From contig BRZM01000010.1 of the NCBI GenBank assembly GCA_033238685.1, forward strand, positions 3,846,968 to 3,888,404: a DNA stretch of 41,437 nucleotides. The letters run 5' to 3'. The notes beneath the pieces are model-generated. The model was not told the origin of the DNA, searched no databases, and saw only the letters and a list, made by a program, of their open reading frames with translations. The position numbers were made by a program, and so were the translations under genes. The DNA comes from Lates japonicus. Lineage: Eukaryota. Of this stretch, positions 41,428 through 41,437 are shown in pieces (position 1 is the first letter of the stretch; each line of letters opens with the position of its first letter).

Positions 41428-41437
41428 GTGAGAATAT

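Noticed and set aside
1-41437. Prokaryotic-style features (operons, CRISPR arrays, defence islands, tRNA or rRNA genes)
   Set aside because: Sequence composition, ubiquitous GT-AG introns, poly(A) signals, microsatellites and vertebrate-type transposon remnants show this is vertebrate nuclear DNA. No direct-repeat/spacer arrays, tRNA cloverleaf candidates or rRNA-like conserved blocks were seen.

Overview
This is eukaryotic genomic DNA that looks teleost-like. Introns are compact (80-550 bp) with GT-AG boundaries, there are (CA)n/(TG)n microsatellites, and hAT/BED, Tc1-like and other interspersed remnants. Both annotated genes lie on the + strand. (1) Positions 1-18650 hold the 3' two-thirds of a TEP1 (telomerase-associated protein 1) orthologue. 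I resolved about 50 phase-consistent exons: TROVE region (190-5000), DUF4062-like exon (5185-5476), NACHT/P-loop exons with GGPGEGKT (6661-8459), then a long WD40 array ending at a TAA stop at 18648-18650. The N-terminal part of the gene lies upstream of the window. One WD40 exon (10716-10835) needs a 1-nt frameshift to stay in frame. (2) Positions ~20.7-36.4 kb hold a gene with no close match I can name, built from at least 35 exons. A TATA box at 20705 and an ATG-only first coding exon are followed by about 32 phase-0 symmetric micro-exons of 48-90 nt. These encode a low-complexity, K/S/D/E-rich disordered region made of duplicated exon modules (GGMFSGMFKK, DLSASSELSxSNDSLTxN, NPF-containing and PxVPxRPT modules). 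A 958-nt terminal exon (34713-35670) then encodes a clear apolipoprotein-L family domain. Poly(A) signals lie at 36329-36341. (3) At 41375-41427 a first coding exon (MEACMVKPEVKKKPKP...) of a third + strand gene begins, with a possible non-coding leader exon near 39.2-39.4 kb. There are no rRNA, tRNA or CRISPR features and no prokaryotic-style operons. Minus-strand ORFs in the track are antisense artefacts of coding exons or lie in AT-rich noise. All coordinates were derived by hand from splice-site motifs and reading-frame continuity and should be treated as within a few nt at worst.
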